Below, piece by piece: positions 48,991-62,019 of a stretch of DNA of 64,000 nucleotides. Origin of the DNA: Camelus dromedarius. Lineage: Eukaryota. Within the stretch, counting starts at the first letter, position 1; each line of letters opens with the position of its first letter. The notes below the pieces were generated by a model. It was not told the origin of the DNA, made no database searches, and was given only the letters and a program-made list of their open reading frames with translations. The position numbers and the translations under genes were made by a program. Location: assembly GCF_036321535.1 (NCBI RefSeq), contig NC_087447.1, positions 34,412,001 to 34,476,000 on the forward strand. The letters are read 5' to 3'.

Positions 48991-50078
48991 TAGCCTGCAC
49001 AACTTTCCACTACGAGGTACTGAGGAAGCCGAGGCCCAGGGAGAGGCAGGGACTTGCCCCAGGCCCCACTCCTCCTCAGGGCCTTCTTCCTCCAGACATG
49101 CTCCTTCCCCGTCTCCTTCTCCATCCTTAGTGTACATTCTAGAGCCAACTCACAAGTGGCTTTACATAGACCATCCCTTAGTTGCCAAGCGTCTGTGCTC
49201 CCACCCAGGGAGCCACCAGAGGAGATGGAGCTGTGACACATCTGCTTCAGGACCCCCTGTTCTGAAGGGGCCTGGGATGCTCCCCTGGCCTGCAGCCTCC
49301 TTTCCCAGCCTCTGCTCTGGAAGCAGCTGAGGACCTTGGGCATGGCCTTCCAGGCCCTTCACAGTCTGCACTCATCCGTCTGTCCAGCCTCACCTCTGTT
49401 TTCTCTTCTTCCTACACTCTTGCTATTGCAGATATGTATTCATCCTATTCCTTTGTCCATGCTGTTCCCTCTGCTGAGAATACCCTTCCTGCGTGGTTGG
49501 CCTGGCATACTCCTCCTCAGATATGCCTTCTCTAGGGTCCTGAACCTCCTCCCAAGACAGAATTCCTCAATCTCTCCCAGCGCTCTCCCTGTCACAGCGC
49601 ACACCCCTGTACTAGAACCACTGATTGACGCCTCTTCCTTGATTCAAAGACACGCAGGTGGTCCCATTTTCCCTGGACTAAAATCAGAAGAGGTCTTACA
49701 ATCCATGCTTCTGATTATTTCTTGCCTCCTGGAACACTGTTATTGAATGGGTAGTATTTTGTAATCGATGTCGTCTTAGGATCCAAGACTTCCTCTCCCT
49801 CTAAACAGAGCTCACATGGGTTGGAGGCCAAGACCCAGGTGTCTCAGGACCCCCAGCAGCCAGCACAGGGAGGCACAGAGGAGGAACCAGGTGGTAGCGG
49901 CCATGGTGTCCATGGGCCCAGGTCAGCATGAGAGGCCTGCGAGGCTGCAGGCTCCAGGGCATCCCTGAGGCCCAGGAGAGCCTCCTGCAGTTTCTACCCC
50001 TACCCAAGTTCATGCAACCACCTTGTGGCATATGCCCTGGAGAGAAACACAGGCAAGGACTGCAGGCTTCCTTTCCCC

Positions 50079-50487
50079 CATGTTACTTTGCTAGGGCTGA
50101 CATAACGAAGTACTACCACTGACTGGGTAGCTAAAGCAACAGAAATTTCTCTTCTCACAGCTCTGGAAGCCAGAAGTCCAAGATCAAGGTGTCAGCAGGG
50201 CTGGCCTCCCCTGAGGCCTCTTTCCTTGCCTTATGGATGGTCATCTTCTCCCTGTGTCTCCGCGAGGTCCTACCTCTGTGCGTGTACCTGTGTTCTAATC
50301 TCCTCTTTTGGTTAAGGACACCAGAGTCAGATTAGATTAGGACCTACACTAATTTAAACTTAATGACCTCATTTTAACTTAATTACCTCTTCAAAGACCC
50401 TGTCTTCAAATACAGTCACATTCTGAAATACTGGGTGTTAGGACTTGAACATACAAATTTGGGAGGAACATATTTTGGCCGGTAACA
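50079..50487 (-). mobile_element. MLT1B-like MaLR solo LTR
   Basis: cagaagtccaagatcaaggtgtcagcaggg; aatgacctcattttaacttaattacctc; aaatacagtcacattctga; ...taaca. Confidence 0.9.
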
Positions 50488-51447
50488 CCCCTCTAAGGTT
50501 GACCAAGCTCAGCATGAAGCATGTCAGTCTCAGATTCCAAACCCCACTGCACCCCACGCACTGCTTCCACTTTTCTCTCTCAGAAGTAGCCACCATAGCT
50601 GACGGCCCCTTGCCCTTAGCTCTCTTGAATTTCCAATAGAGTTTTCCAGCGAACTCTCTTCTGATTGCTCTGCCCTTCTCTGTCCTCATCTACTTAGTGC
50701 CTGGCTCCAAGCGCCTCCTGATCTAGGCCTTCCAACCTAAATCTCCCATGGCAGGTGGCTCCACCTCCCTGTCTAAAATACAGGAATCTGAAGCTTGGTA
50801 AGGTCTCTCAAGGACACGGGATTTGCTTAACCATCTCCTCCCCCTTGCCTGCAGAACACTCTGCTAATCAATCCCAGCACACTTTCCCCCAGAAGCCAAG
50901 CCCAGGCAGCCACTGTCAAGTGGGCTGGCTTGTGAGCTGGTTAACAGGTGCAGCTGGGGCCTCAATGCCCTGTAGGGGAGCTTCTAATCAGAAATCCTGT
51001 GGCTCCTTGGGTACAATATCCACACACCAGATCCTTTTGGATAGTCCTGAATTTACATCACTTTTACTCTCTTCAACAAAAGCAATTTGTAAATTAGATA
51101 AGTAAGTAAAAGTGTCTGCATTCTTTCGAGGGGGAACATTTGACCGACTCTTGGACTCTGGCCCAACAGATGTCCTCTCCATGTTGCCTGAAGCAGTTGG
51201 CCAGAAATCTGGGCTTTCTACTAAGTGGTCCAAGCCAGGGAACAAAGGAATAGAACTGGCTGAATATTCACAGGTTCATTCATTCACTCCTTTCCCCAGC
51301 ACTCACTGAGCATCTACTTCATGCCTGGCACTCTCTAAGGGCTGGGGATGCAGGCAAAGATAGTGAGATTCGACCAGGTGCTGGACCCAACAGCACCCTA
51401 GCAGTATTTAATTCTTTATGGACTCCATTTTGGTATTTTTCCATCTC

Positions 51448-51871
51448 CATAGCAAATATTGCTAATTGTCCCTAAAATTCATGGTCTTCCTTCCATAGTA
51501 CACAGTGCATGTGAAGGAACTTCCCAGTGAGCAACTACAGCTGGCAGCCCCCTCTATGTCTAGGCATGGCCATGTTACCTCACCCATGAAATATAAGAGG
51601 TGATGAGAGTCATTTCCCGGCTGAGGCTTTTATGAAGCTGGTGAGCCTTCTCCACGTTCTTTCTCACCTTCCATTGGCTAGATGCAGGACGGAGAAGCCG
51701 TAGGATGGAAGGAGCCTGGGTTCTTGAATCACTGGGTGGAGGAGAGCCACCCACTGACAAGAAACGTCAGCCTTGGACTATTATGTGAACATGAAATAAA
51801 TTTCTATTGGGTTGATCCTTTATACATTTTTGGGTCTTTTGTTATAGAGTTACATTACCCTAAATAACACA
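51448..51871 (+). mobile_element. MLT1J-like MaLR solo LTR
   Basis: gatggaaggagcctgggttcttgaatcactgggtggaggagagcc; atgaaataaatttctattgggtt. Confidence 0.8.
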
Positions 51872-52689
51872 AATTTTAAGTGAAGTCTGTCTCATTGCTA
51901 CACTGGTTCAGACATGTCTTTGTAGCTCTACTGTCTACTTTCAAAACAGTTTGGATGTGGGGACCCAAAGGAAATGTTTCTCAGCCTAGGAATTGGCCTT
52001 TCCTCTAAGCCACATGCCTTGAACTCAGATTATGAGAGGGACTTAAGAACTCTGGTAAAAACAAGCTTTCAAAATTTGAGAAAACTGCAAAGCTTCCCTG
52101 AGAAATTCCCAAGCACCATATTCCTCTGCCTGGGAAATCAGTCTGGGTACAGCACAATCTTTTAAGCAGCGAGAAACCCCCTGTCTAGGTTTCAGTACCC
52201 ACTGGCCATGGCTCAGTGACGGAGTGGGCAGAGTCAGGACCACCCGGCAAAGAGAAATTAACAAGTAATGGAAGCCGAGCCCCCCTGGCTGGGCCGACAG
52301 CATGAGTCAGAGTGCTACAGAAATAAAGAAATCCCATTCATAAATTTTTCCTCGCCCCAGCTTAAGAGCTTTCAAAGTCATAAAGTCGACATAAAGCCAG
52401 AAGACCTACAATTGTCCAATTAGAGGTTTTATCCAGGAAAACACACATTTTCAAAGTCACTGGTTGGTCCCCATGCCAGGAGTGTAGCTAAGCTGGTTTG
52501 GCCTGCTGTACCTCTGGCTTTTATAGAACTTTCCACTTCAGTGGGACAGGACAAAAGACTTCTTAGAGCCTCTTACCCCCAAGGTGGGGTCCACCAGGGG
52601 CCTACAGACACCCAAAGCTACCCCTTCCTGCAACAACTCAGGAAAAACAAGAATCTATCTAAGCCAGCTCATCCAGGAGGAGAGTAGCA

Positions 52690-52910
52690 ACTAAGGGCTT
52701 ACTACCGATGATTCTGGAGTGTTCCAAATACGTAGCACATATTATTGCGTTCAAGCTTCATTATGCCCCTGCAAGGAAGGGTCTATTTTCCTTCATCTTC
52801 CAGATGAGGAAACTGAGGCTTGGAGAGGTCAACCCACATGCTCAGGGTTAGATGGCTCCATGAGTAACAAGGCTGAGATCGGAACTCAGGTTTAGTGATT
52901 CTAAAATCCT
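52690..52910 (-). mobile_element. MIR SINE
   Basis: cagatgaggaaactgaggcttggagagg. Confidence 0.8.
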
Positions 52911-53089
52911 TCAATCTCTACCTTCTGCTGCCACTCATGATCCCAGGGCTCTCATTCTGTCCCTGTCCAGCCATGTAATCTGCATTAGGAGGGACATGGA
53001 GATGGAGGTCAAGGGAGGGCACATCATTGCCGGGGGGGCTCAGTTGAGAAGTATGATCAATGAGGGGAACCAGCTCCAGAGAGAGCTCC

Positions 53090-53260
53090 CAGTATCTGCC
53101 AGGCACTGTGCTAGCATTTTGCATAGATTATCATCCTTTATCCTCATAATAGTCCTATAAAAAAATCAGCATTATTATACCCATTTTACAGCTGAGGCAA
53201 CCAAGGCTCAGAGAGGTAAATTACGTACTTTCCCGAGGCCATGTGGTTAGGAAGTAGGGG
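53090..53260 (-). mobile_element. MIR SINE
   Basis: tgccaggcactgtgcta; cccattttacagctgaggcaaccaaggctcagagagg. Confidence 0.85.
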
Positions 53261-53529
53261 CGAGTCTGCTTCAATGGAGACCCTGCTCAGAAGCCTTATT
53301 CCTGACACTGAGCTCACCCCGCTGTGCCATATGACTTTTACTCTTGGGAGGGATATCTTTATTTGTCAAATTCCACCTCTATTTGTGCACATTTAATTGC
53401 TAACTGCCTTGACAGTCCTGAATGTTGAGACTTCCAGACCCACACTTACTAGGTGAATAATCCTGAGAGTGTCCCTAAACCTCTCACAAGGGACATAGTT
53501 TCCGCGTTGGGGGGACTTACCATCTAGAC

Positions 53530-53705
53530 CAGGGGATTACTTTTCCCAGTAAAGAGCCAGAAGGTAAATATTTTAGGCTTTGGGGTCCTTCTCATCCCTG
53601 CACGGCAACTACTCAACTCCGCCATTGTCCTGTGACAGCAGCTGAAGACATAAATGGATGCATTTGGCCAGATCTGGCCCAGGGGCCTGAGTCTGCAGAC
53701 CCCTG
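53530..53705 (+). mobile_element. MER58A-like hAT-Charlie element
   Basis: cagggg...cccctg termini; gtaaagagccagaaggtaaatattttaggcttt; 8-bp TSD ATCTAGAC/ATCTAGAT (53522-53529, 53706-53713). Confidence 0.9.
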
Positions 53706-54149
53706 ATCTAGATGGTCGAAATATTCCACAAGTAAGTGTTAAATTCTCATCGTGTAAGTGCTTTACAGGAGAGGTATCTCCACAGTCCTCTGTGAGTTTA
53801 CTCCCCCAGGGACTGGTCTCCAGGGGTTGGTAGCCTGGTTGGTCACTCCTTGAGTCAGGGCAGGGCTGGGACCAGAGTCCAGGTCTCCTGCTCTCCCCTG
53901 GGGGCTGCCCCCACCCCCTCACAGGCTGCCTCCCTGGTCATCAAGGAATCTCTTCCAGGAAATGAGGCTGGGTCCACAGCCCTGTTAGAGGCACAAGGAT
54001 AGCAGGCAGCACTCAGAGAACAGCCAGGGGTTTCTGCAAAGGCCTGGCTTAACCTCTGACTGGGGCCAAGAGGCTTCCACGAGCAAATCACTGGCTCATT
54101 TCTCTCCAGCAGAGCCTGGCTCTCAAAGCACCTTCTGGAAAGCCATTAC

Positions 54150-54850
54150 AGCAGCTGCAGCAGCACGCGTGGCGTTAATTTATTATAATCCCGGCGTGTA
54201 AAAGCCGAGCTCACAGGCAGAGCCGGGGGCGGTGGAGGCCGCCACGCTGGAGACTGCGTGAGCTGCTATTTTCTTCTCTCGCAGCCACAAAAGGAAATGT
54301 TGGCGAGGTCCTGGGAGAAGGGGTGGTTGGTGGGGAGGGGACGCTGCTGGATTTCATAGCAGGCATACAAGTCATTTGTCTTATTGTAAAATAGATGTGT
54401 GTTTGGACGCCGAAAATGCTCTGGATCCTTTCTTTCCTCCCCTCGCAGGCATGAAAAGCCAGGAGCAAAACAAAATGCTGCTGCTTTCGAGGCTATTTTG
54501 GGCGCCAGTTGCTGATTGTCTTGCTTCCGAGGCTCTCGGCACACGTTGCCTTCTCCAAGAAGGGTTTTAGCAAATTGAAATGGGGACTGAAAGAGCGTCT
54601 TGCTGCTACTGCCGCCATCAGAGCAGAAAGCAGTCCCCAAAGGCCGGACCGGGCCCACGTCGCCTGATGCTCCCCTCTCTCCCCACGGCCACCCACCGCA
54701 CACCTCCTGCCCGCGCCGTGCTCGCTGGCGCCTGAGCAGGGTTGCCCACCCCGTGCCAGGAAGCTATTTACCAACGGAAATAACTCTGATAAAGGGCTAA
54801 AATTAGCCAGCAATGATGGAAAACATTTTGTTGAGCGATCTGTAGACAAG
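54150..54850. promoter_or_regulatory. CpG-rich, repeat-free island (candidate enhancer/alternative promoter)
   Basis: About 37 CpGs by hand count in 54161-54780, far above the window background; no TE signature; AT-rich homeobox-like core TTAATTTATTATAAT. Confidence 0.55.
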
Positions 54851-55119
54851 AGGGGAAGCAGAGCTGTGAAAAAGATAGGGCGTGAAGGATGCATAGGGAG
54901 AGTGGGCCGACTGGGACCAGCTGGGGGGCCCCAGGAGTAGCTGGGCCAGAGCCCCGAGGCCAAGACAGCCACACGGATATCTTGGTCAGTGGCCCCAACC
55001 TACACCATGTTACCCGGCCTCGAGGCAGTGAAGGAGGGCGAGCTGGCAAGTCTCTTCAAGGAGGAGGGAGTATGTGAGGATGGGGACCAGAAACGCAGCC
55101 CTGCAAAGGAAGCAAGTAG

Positions 55120-55280
55120 AGCACAGGGTCGAGGCTAACCAAGAACTTAGCTTTTGGAGTTCAAATCTCAGCTCTGCCACTAACAGTCACCTTGGACTTA
55201 ACATTTCTGAGCCTCGTGTGATAAATAAGAATCGCATTAGACCCACATCACAGGGTTTGGTGATAATCCATGCATACTAT
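55120..55280 (+). mobile_element. MIR SINE
   Basis: gagttcaaatctcagctctgccactaac...tctgagcctc. Confidence 0.75.
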
Positions 55281-56769
55281 TTACAGAAACAGCATTATTC
55301 AAGACGTCCACCCTTCTACAAACATGGACAGAGGGCATTCTGTGTGCCTGGCGCTGTCCTGGGAACCAGGCTATGCCTTGATGAGGTAGACAAAGCGCTA
55401 CTCTAAGACATTTTAATTCTGTAGAGGACAGCAGCAGGGAAGAGAGAATGCACCTTAGAAATATAGAACCAGCACTGCTGGCCCTGAAGCAGCCAAACTG
55501 AAGGGCTCCAGAACACCTTCGCTGGGCCACAGAGACATCACCCCATCTGAGTGCATGCTGACTATAGGCTACATACTGGAGAGGGAATAATTTCGGCTCA
55601 ATCTGCCTTTTTAAAATATTCAGTCTGGTAGAGAAAACAGGTAGGTAAACGGGGTATCTGTCATTCAGCATGAAAGGACAATAACAGAATTAAGTTGAAG
55701 CAGGAACCATGAACGCTCCCTGGGAACAGCAGGGACCACCTCATGAAGGCAGTGACAGAGGCTGGGTCTTGAGGGATGTGCAGGAGCTGGCCCGGCAGAC
55801 AGGGAGGAGAGGAAGGCATTCCAGCAAGAAAGAACAAATGGCATGATGTCTGTGAGAAAAATGTCCATGCTTGGGAATGGCGGGTGTGCAGCACACAAGG
55901 ACTGGGGATATTCGACACATTTAATAATTGGTAGTGCAAGGAACCCAACAGTTAACACGCGCTGACGGTGGCACTAGAGAACAGGGTGTGAGCCAGGCCC
56001 TGCCTGTTAGCTGCTGGACTGTTGGGTGGCCAGGGGGTTGAGGCAGGGGCTGGATGGTGGCAAGATGTTGGGCAGGAGGTCACAGAGAAGAATCGGGTAA
56101 GGGGATAGTCACCAACTGGTTTAGAGGTTATACCATTGTGTGCAGCTCAATGTCTGCCCCCAGATGGAGGAAGGATGGAGGGAGAGGGACCCTGAGGATG
56201 GGGCAGGGCCTCCAGAGCCCCCTGGGAGGTCACGGAGCATCCCAACAGGCAGTGACTGGGGACCCCTACCATGATGTTTGCCAAAACACTTCCATCTTTA
56301 ATCTGTTTACATGTGGATCTACCATCTAAGACTTCATCTGGAGGAAGTATTTTGAGGTTAAAAAGATGAGTCAAGCAACATAGGCCCTATTCTTTGAGGA
56401 GCAGAGATCTGAATTTTGGGCTCCTCGGATTTGGCATTTGTCACCACACTATGGAAGGATAGATCTGAAAAGTTTCTGAAAGCCATCCTTTATTCTTCAT
56501 TCCCAGGGCTGATACCCTGAGATCCTTTCTCTCCTCTGAGGTCTTGCAAAGACCAGAAAAGCATCCTGAAAGCAGAGATGGGGCTGCTCCTTGTGAATGG
56601 TCCCAGTGGCTCACCCAGGGCTGGGCCCATCAGAGGGCTTAATGAGGAACTGATGTTAGTTAGCACCCAGTGGACGGTCATTGGCCACCTCTGCCTGGCT
56701 GTCTCCAAGGGCAACACGTATGCTTCTCTCTGAGGCCTCAGTAAGGCCACTGAAATCACCTGATGAGGT

Positions 56770-57045
56770 GGAAAGAACATGCTCTTGGAGGACAGACCAG
56801 GAGTTCAATCCCGAGGCCACCCACTGCGTCCTAGCTCTGTGCCCTCGGTTATGTAGTTTACTGGCCTTGCCTCAATTTCTTTTTATCTGACAAATGGAAT
56901 AAGAACAATAACCATCTGACGGAGTCGTCATCAAGATAAATGCGATAACATTCGTTTTATCACGTAAGTTTGCTTTTTGCATTATCAGTATGAAGAGTGC
57001 TAATTATAGCCAGGCACATAGTAGGTTATCAATAAAAGCTAGTCC
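56770..57045 (+). mobile_element. MIR SINE
   Basis: ggaaagaacatgctcttggaggacagaccaggagttcaatccc; ggcacatagtaggttatcaataaa. Confidence 0.8.
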
Positions 57046-57729
57046 TTTCTCTCTCTTCTCTTTTGTTGAGATTTCTAGGCACTGGAGTATGCAAGTCTTT
57101 ACAATAACCTAAGTATATACAAGTTAATCATATTCGTGTATTTGCATAAATTAATAAACAGTAATTACATATTGCAGCAATTTCTGAATAATATCCCAAA
57201 ATAATGTTCTCAATGCACCAAAATGTTAACAACAGCTATTTCTGGGTAGTGGCATTATGGGTGATTTGTATTTTCTCCCAGATTTTCTACAATTAGCATG
57301 CATTATTTTCTGAATAGGGAAAACAAAAAAAAGCAACCACGAGTAAGAAAAAAGCTGTCCTCTGCTACCCTGTGATAGGACGTGTATTTGCCAGCCTCAG
57401 ATTCTGCTGACAGTCTCTGTGACTCCAAGGACCTGGTGAGTCATCGAAAAGTTGAAGTAGCTTGAAAACAGAAGATTTTGCAGCAGACTGTGGCAAGGCT
57501 GCCCAGACTCTGGCCAAGAGGGTCTGATCCTTTTCCTCTTTACTCTGGGAGGCAGGAGCAGAAAGGAGTGTGCTAACTTGGGAGGAAGAGGGTGTAGACG
57601 GAGGGGAACCCATTCCACAAATGACTGTGCACACAGGGCACTGATGGAGGCCCGGATCTGAGGACTCGCCTCGCCATGTGCTAGATGTGAGACCTTGGGC
57701 TATTTCACTCCCCTGACCTTCTGTGTCCT

Positions 57730-58010
57730 CAGGCCACTTGTGTTAATTGTCACTTCCTCTGAGAGGTCTTCCTGGACCAGCCCACCCTCAACTGCCCCCC
57801 CCACCCACCCATTAGAGTCTGCACCCTGATATGCTCAGCCTGCAGTGTTACAATGGGCTCTTCATGGCCAGTCCCCAGTGCGAGGCGAGGAGCAACTCAA
57901 AGCAAGAAACACACCTTGCCCACAACTGTTTCCCTTTGCCTCTCATTGTGCCTCGAACAATGTGGACCCTCTATAAACATCTGCTGAATGAATGAATGAA
58001 TGAATGAATG
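57730..58010 (+). mobile_element. L2 3' end with (GAAT)n tail
   Basis: gtcacttcctctgagaggtcttcctg; taaacatctgctgaatgaatgaatgaatgaatgaatg. Confidence 0.75.
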
Positions 58011-58824
58011 TTATGCAAGCCTGTGCTAAGACCTAGAGCTGCAGAGATACAGCTGCCTGGATCCCCTGCCCTCAAGGAGCTCACAGTATAGTTGGGACCC
58101 AGGCTCTGTAGCAGAATGTATGCTATGACCAAGGCCTTAAAAGGCTTAAGAGAAACTAGGAAAATAAGGAAGGAGAGGAGAATTCCCCCACGGCCTCATA
58201 TAAGCAGAATTTGTGTATAGCCTGGAAGGAGGAGTAAAACTTCCCCCTGGGGGAGAGGAGGTAAGGCAGGCAAAGGTGGAAGTCTGGCAGGAGAGTCTGC
58301 ACCGAGAGGACGAGACGGGACCCAGGCGTTGGGTACCTCTCGTGGGAGGCCAGCAGGTCTGGTGGCCTTCTGGCTGCAGTGCGGAGCCCAGACAGTTTTA
58401 GGAAGAGGGCTGACGGGGTTTGACTGGCCTCTCCCGGGACTGGCAGGTCCAGGCATCTCACACCTGTCAGCCTTGCCCAGCGCTCTTCCTTCTGCCCATG
58501 AGGAGGGCTCAGAAATAGGACCAGTTTGCAATTAATCACTAATCAATCGAGTCTTCAGCAAACAATCCCTCTAATTTAAATGAGCATCTGTGAGAAGGGC
58601 TGGCTTTGGCAGGGGTCCTGAGGAACAAAGACATAATTAACCTCTGCCAGTTGCAGCAAATAAATTGCAGGAAGGACATCCAGGAAAGGCCCAGGATCTT
58701 CAGGGCAGCCCACTCTTGAAGACGAAGCCTGCTCGCCTAACCTGGGCTGGAGGAGCAGAGCTGTGGCTTCACTTAGGGGCCCACTGTTCCCATTAAAAAG
58801 TGCAGAGGCACTAGTTAACTCCAT

Positions 58825-59190
58825 CTCACCTCAGGGCCTTTGCATATGATGTTCCTGCAGCCTGAAACCCCTTCTCCCATTCTTGAACATGGTTGGCCTC
58901 TCTTGACTTTTCAAGTCTTGGTTCAAATACTGCTTCTTTAGTTATATTTTTCCTGGCTCCCCATTTAACATAGCATTACTACCCTCCTCTGCCACCTCTC
59001 ATTATACAATTCTATTTTCTGCTGTCATAGGGCTTCTTTTCTTGTATATGTGTTTATTTTCTTTCTCCCCACCTGAGTCCAACCAGATGTAAGTTCTGTG
59101 ACAGCAGGGATCTTGTCTTGCTCACAGCTCTAGTCTCAGTGCCTAGCACAGCTCCTGACAGTCAGCAGGTCCTCAAAAAAATGCATTGGA
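58825..59190 (+). mobile_element. L2 LINE 3' fragment
   Basis: cacctcagggcctttgcatatgatgttcc; cagtgcctagcacagctcctgacagtcagcaggtcctcaa. Confidence 0.85.
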
Positions 59191-60339
59191 TAAAAGGAAG
59201 GAAGGGAGGGAGGAAGGGTGCTTCTAACACAAGAGTTCCAAAATGAAACCCAGCCCTCAGCCCGAATGCCCTGGGAAGCTGGCTCGTTAACCACAAGCCC
59301 ATGGAAAACTTCCAGGGTGGGGCCGGGAGTGTTGCATCCCCAGGGATAACGGAGGCCTGACACTTGATGCTGAAGGAAAGGAAGGGGGATGGGTAGGGGA
59401 CTAGCCTTTATTTGGCCCCTACTGTGTGCCGGACCATGTCTACTGAAGGAAACCTCTCATTTTGCAGATGAAGAGACTGTGGCTCAGAATGAATAAACAT
59501 CAAATAACATTTGTTTTGTATGTGGGGTCAGCATGTTGCGTATCTTGTCTCATCCATCGTCCCCCAAAAGTTTGGAAGGCAGGCATTGATTACTGCTGAG
59601 ATTTTACAAGCAGGGGGATTCAAAGATGTTCAGTAAACTTACTCGATTACACATGCGTCAGTGGCAGAGCCAGGGTAAGAACCCAGATCTTTCTAACTCG
59701 CCTGGTATCTTCCTTTGACAGAAAACTCCCTTCACACACATGAGAGCCGATTTGGCCCTGCCCTGCATCCCATCCTCCTGGGGACAGAGGTCAGGGGAGC
59801 CCTGTTCCAGACCATGGCTCTGGGCAAACTTTTCAGACGATCCCCAGCTCATCCCCCCACATCCCCCCCCCAGCTCCGAAGCCCTTAATTAGGCTGCCAC
59901 CTCTGAGCGCTGAGAGCTGCTCAGACCGCCTGACTCAGCACACATGCCAAGAGCCGCCTACACACGCCAGCAGGTGAAGAGGGATGGGCCTCCTGGCCCT
60001 GCAAAGCAGCCAGCTCGGAAACCACCCAGGAGGCCTGCTCCACAGGCTGGGGTGCAGGGGAGGGCAAAGGCATCGCTTTCTGGCCAGGAGGCAAGGGCAT
60101 GGTCCTTTGGTCACCCATCATCCGGAAGACCGATCAGTTTCTTCATCACTCCGAGCCCTAACTTCCACATCCACGAGGCTCTCATGAAGACAAAATGAAA
60201 TAATATATACCTGCCCAAGGCTGTCCTGGAGGGAGAGCTCAGTAAGATTGGTTTTCTCCACTGAGCACCCTGTACCAGGTGAATTTTAAATTCAGAACCA
60301 GCCTGCCAATTCTCCTTCCCACCTGTATACTTACACATG

Positions 60340-60700
60340 CAACAAACACTCATGGGGAAAGTGCTCTGTGCACGCCCTGAACTCTGGAGAAAAGACAGTG
60401 AGCAAAATGGTCAAAATTCCTGACCTCAAAACCCTTACCTTCTGGTTGAGGGGCCGGGGAAGAAGAGGGGACAGTCAACAAAATAAATAAATAAATATGT
60501 CAGATAATGTGCTAAGAAGGAAAAAGCAAAACTGAGAAAGTCGACAGGAGGTGTAGGGAGATGGGGTTGCTAGAATTATGTAGAAGATGCCCAGAGACAG
60601 GCTCACTGAAAAGGTGACTTCTGAGAAGAGGCATGAGGGAAGTGTGAAGGCCGCCCTGTAGATATCTTGTCAGGGCCACAACTTTCTAGTCAGAGCAAAC
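60340..60700 (-). mobile_element. L2 LINE fragment
   Basis: gacagtgagcaaaatggtcaaaattcctgacctca; aggctcactgaaaaggtgacttctgag. Confidence 0.75.
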
Positions 60701-60969
60701 AGAGTTCAAATGCCTCCTGAGCTCAAAGCCAAGGCAGAGTCATTAGATTTCAAAGATGTAAGCTTTTCCCAAACAGGAAGTCAATGAGTAAATTAGATTT
60801 TGTGAAAATGCAATTAGTGGCTAGTTTTTCAAAAGGAATGATGCTGTCCACTCCTGCTTTGATGGTTTGCTGTTTCTGGGAAGTTGTCCTTGGCCACGCC
60901 CTTCAGTGTATTACCACAGGTTTCCCTAGAGGATTAGACTAATTAATATCAGTAAGAAGAATTACAATC

Positions 60970-61160
60970 ACTGTCATTTATTAAGCCCCTACCATGTGCC
61001 AGGAGTAGTCCTGGCAGCTTTGATGCGCACTGTTACTAATCCCATTTTGCACATGAGGAAACTGAGGCACAGAGAGATGAAGCCTTTAACCAAACTCACA
61101 CGGCTTTCAAGTGGACAATCTGGGGTTCAAATGCAGGCAGCCTGGCTCTGGCATCGATGC
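60970..61160 (-). mobile_element. MIR SINE
   Basis: cccattttgcacatgaggaaactgaggcacagagag. Confidence 0.85.
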
Positions 61161-62019
61161 ACTGACCACCAGGTTAACCATCTCAAAACCTGCAGGTGAT
61201 TGTTGCTATTGGTAGGAAGGACTGCCTTAAGCCATCCGAGCTTTCCTGCTCTTTCCATGAAGCCAGGATGCTTTCCCCAGATGAATGCTGTAGAGCTGCC
61301 TGTTTAATCTTTTGACCCGGCTCCAATTCTTTCGTCAGAGATACAAAAATCTCAAAGAAAAAATATGTTGCAGGTGGACTGCTACAGCAAAGAGATGACC
61401 CAAAATTCCAATCTCCGTGGCAGAGGAGAGTGGCTGAGAAAAGCTGTAGCGAGCTGGTGCCAAGTCTCCAAGCCTCAGTTTCCCTGTCTGCAAAATAAGG
61501 AGGGATGATGGAAGGCTCTAGGTCCTCTTCCGATCCATGATCTTATGGTTCAGAGACACAGAACTTGTCCTTGACCTTTGACTTAAGGCATAGAGCACCT
61601 ATTAGGGCTTTAAATAGATACCCAGAAGGCAGCAGCCTGGGCGAGTTGGCTGTCTGCTGGGAGGTGGCAGGAGCTGCCACAGCACACATGTCCATGGCCT
61701 GGACCAGTCAGAACATCGGCCCCTTCCGATCGCCTCATGTCTGCCAGCGCTGCCCGTGTGGTCTCCCCCGGGCAGTGGGGGTAGGTCTCCCTGCCTTCAG
61801 GCTGTTCGCCATAGGGTCACCCTATTGCACATAGTGCTTGGAAGGTTCAGACCTGTGGCTGTCCCCAATCCCTTCCTTCCATCTCTGCACTTTCTGTCTT
61901 GGAGCTTCCTGACCCACCTCATCAACCAGCCTCTGGGGAAAGCTGATTTCTGGGGGGAAGGGGACACATTAATGACAAGATGATAAAGGCACCATTTACT
62001 GACTGCCTTCTCTGAGCTA

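Noticed and set aside
52588..52606. CTCF-like CCACCAGGGGCC (similar partial match near 28842)
   Set aside because: One G short of the core and lacks the GCGC/GCAG end; cannot be supported without a PWM scan.
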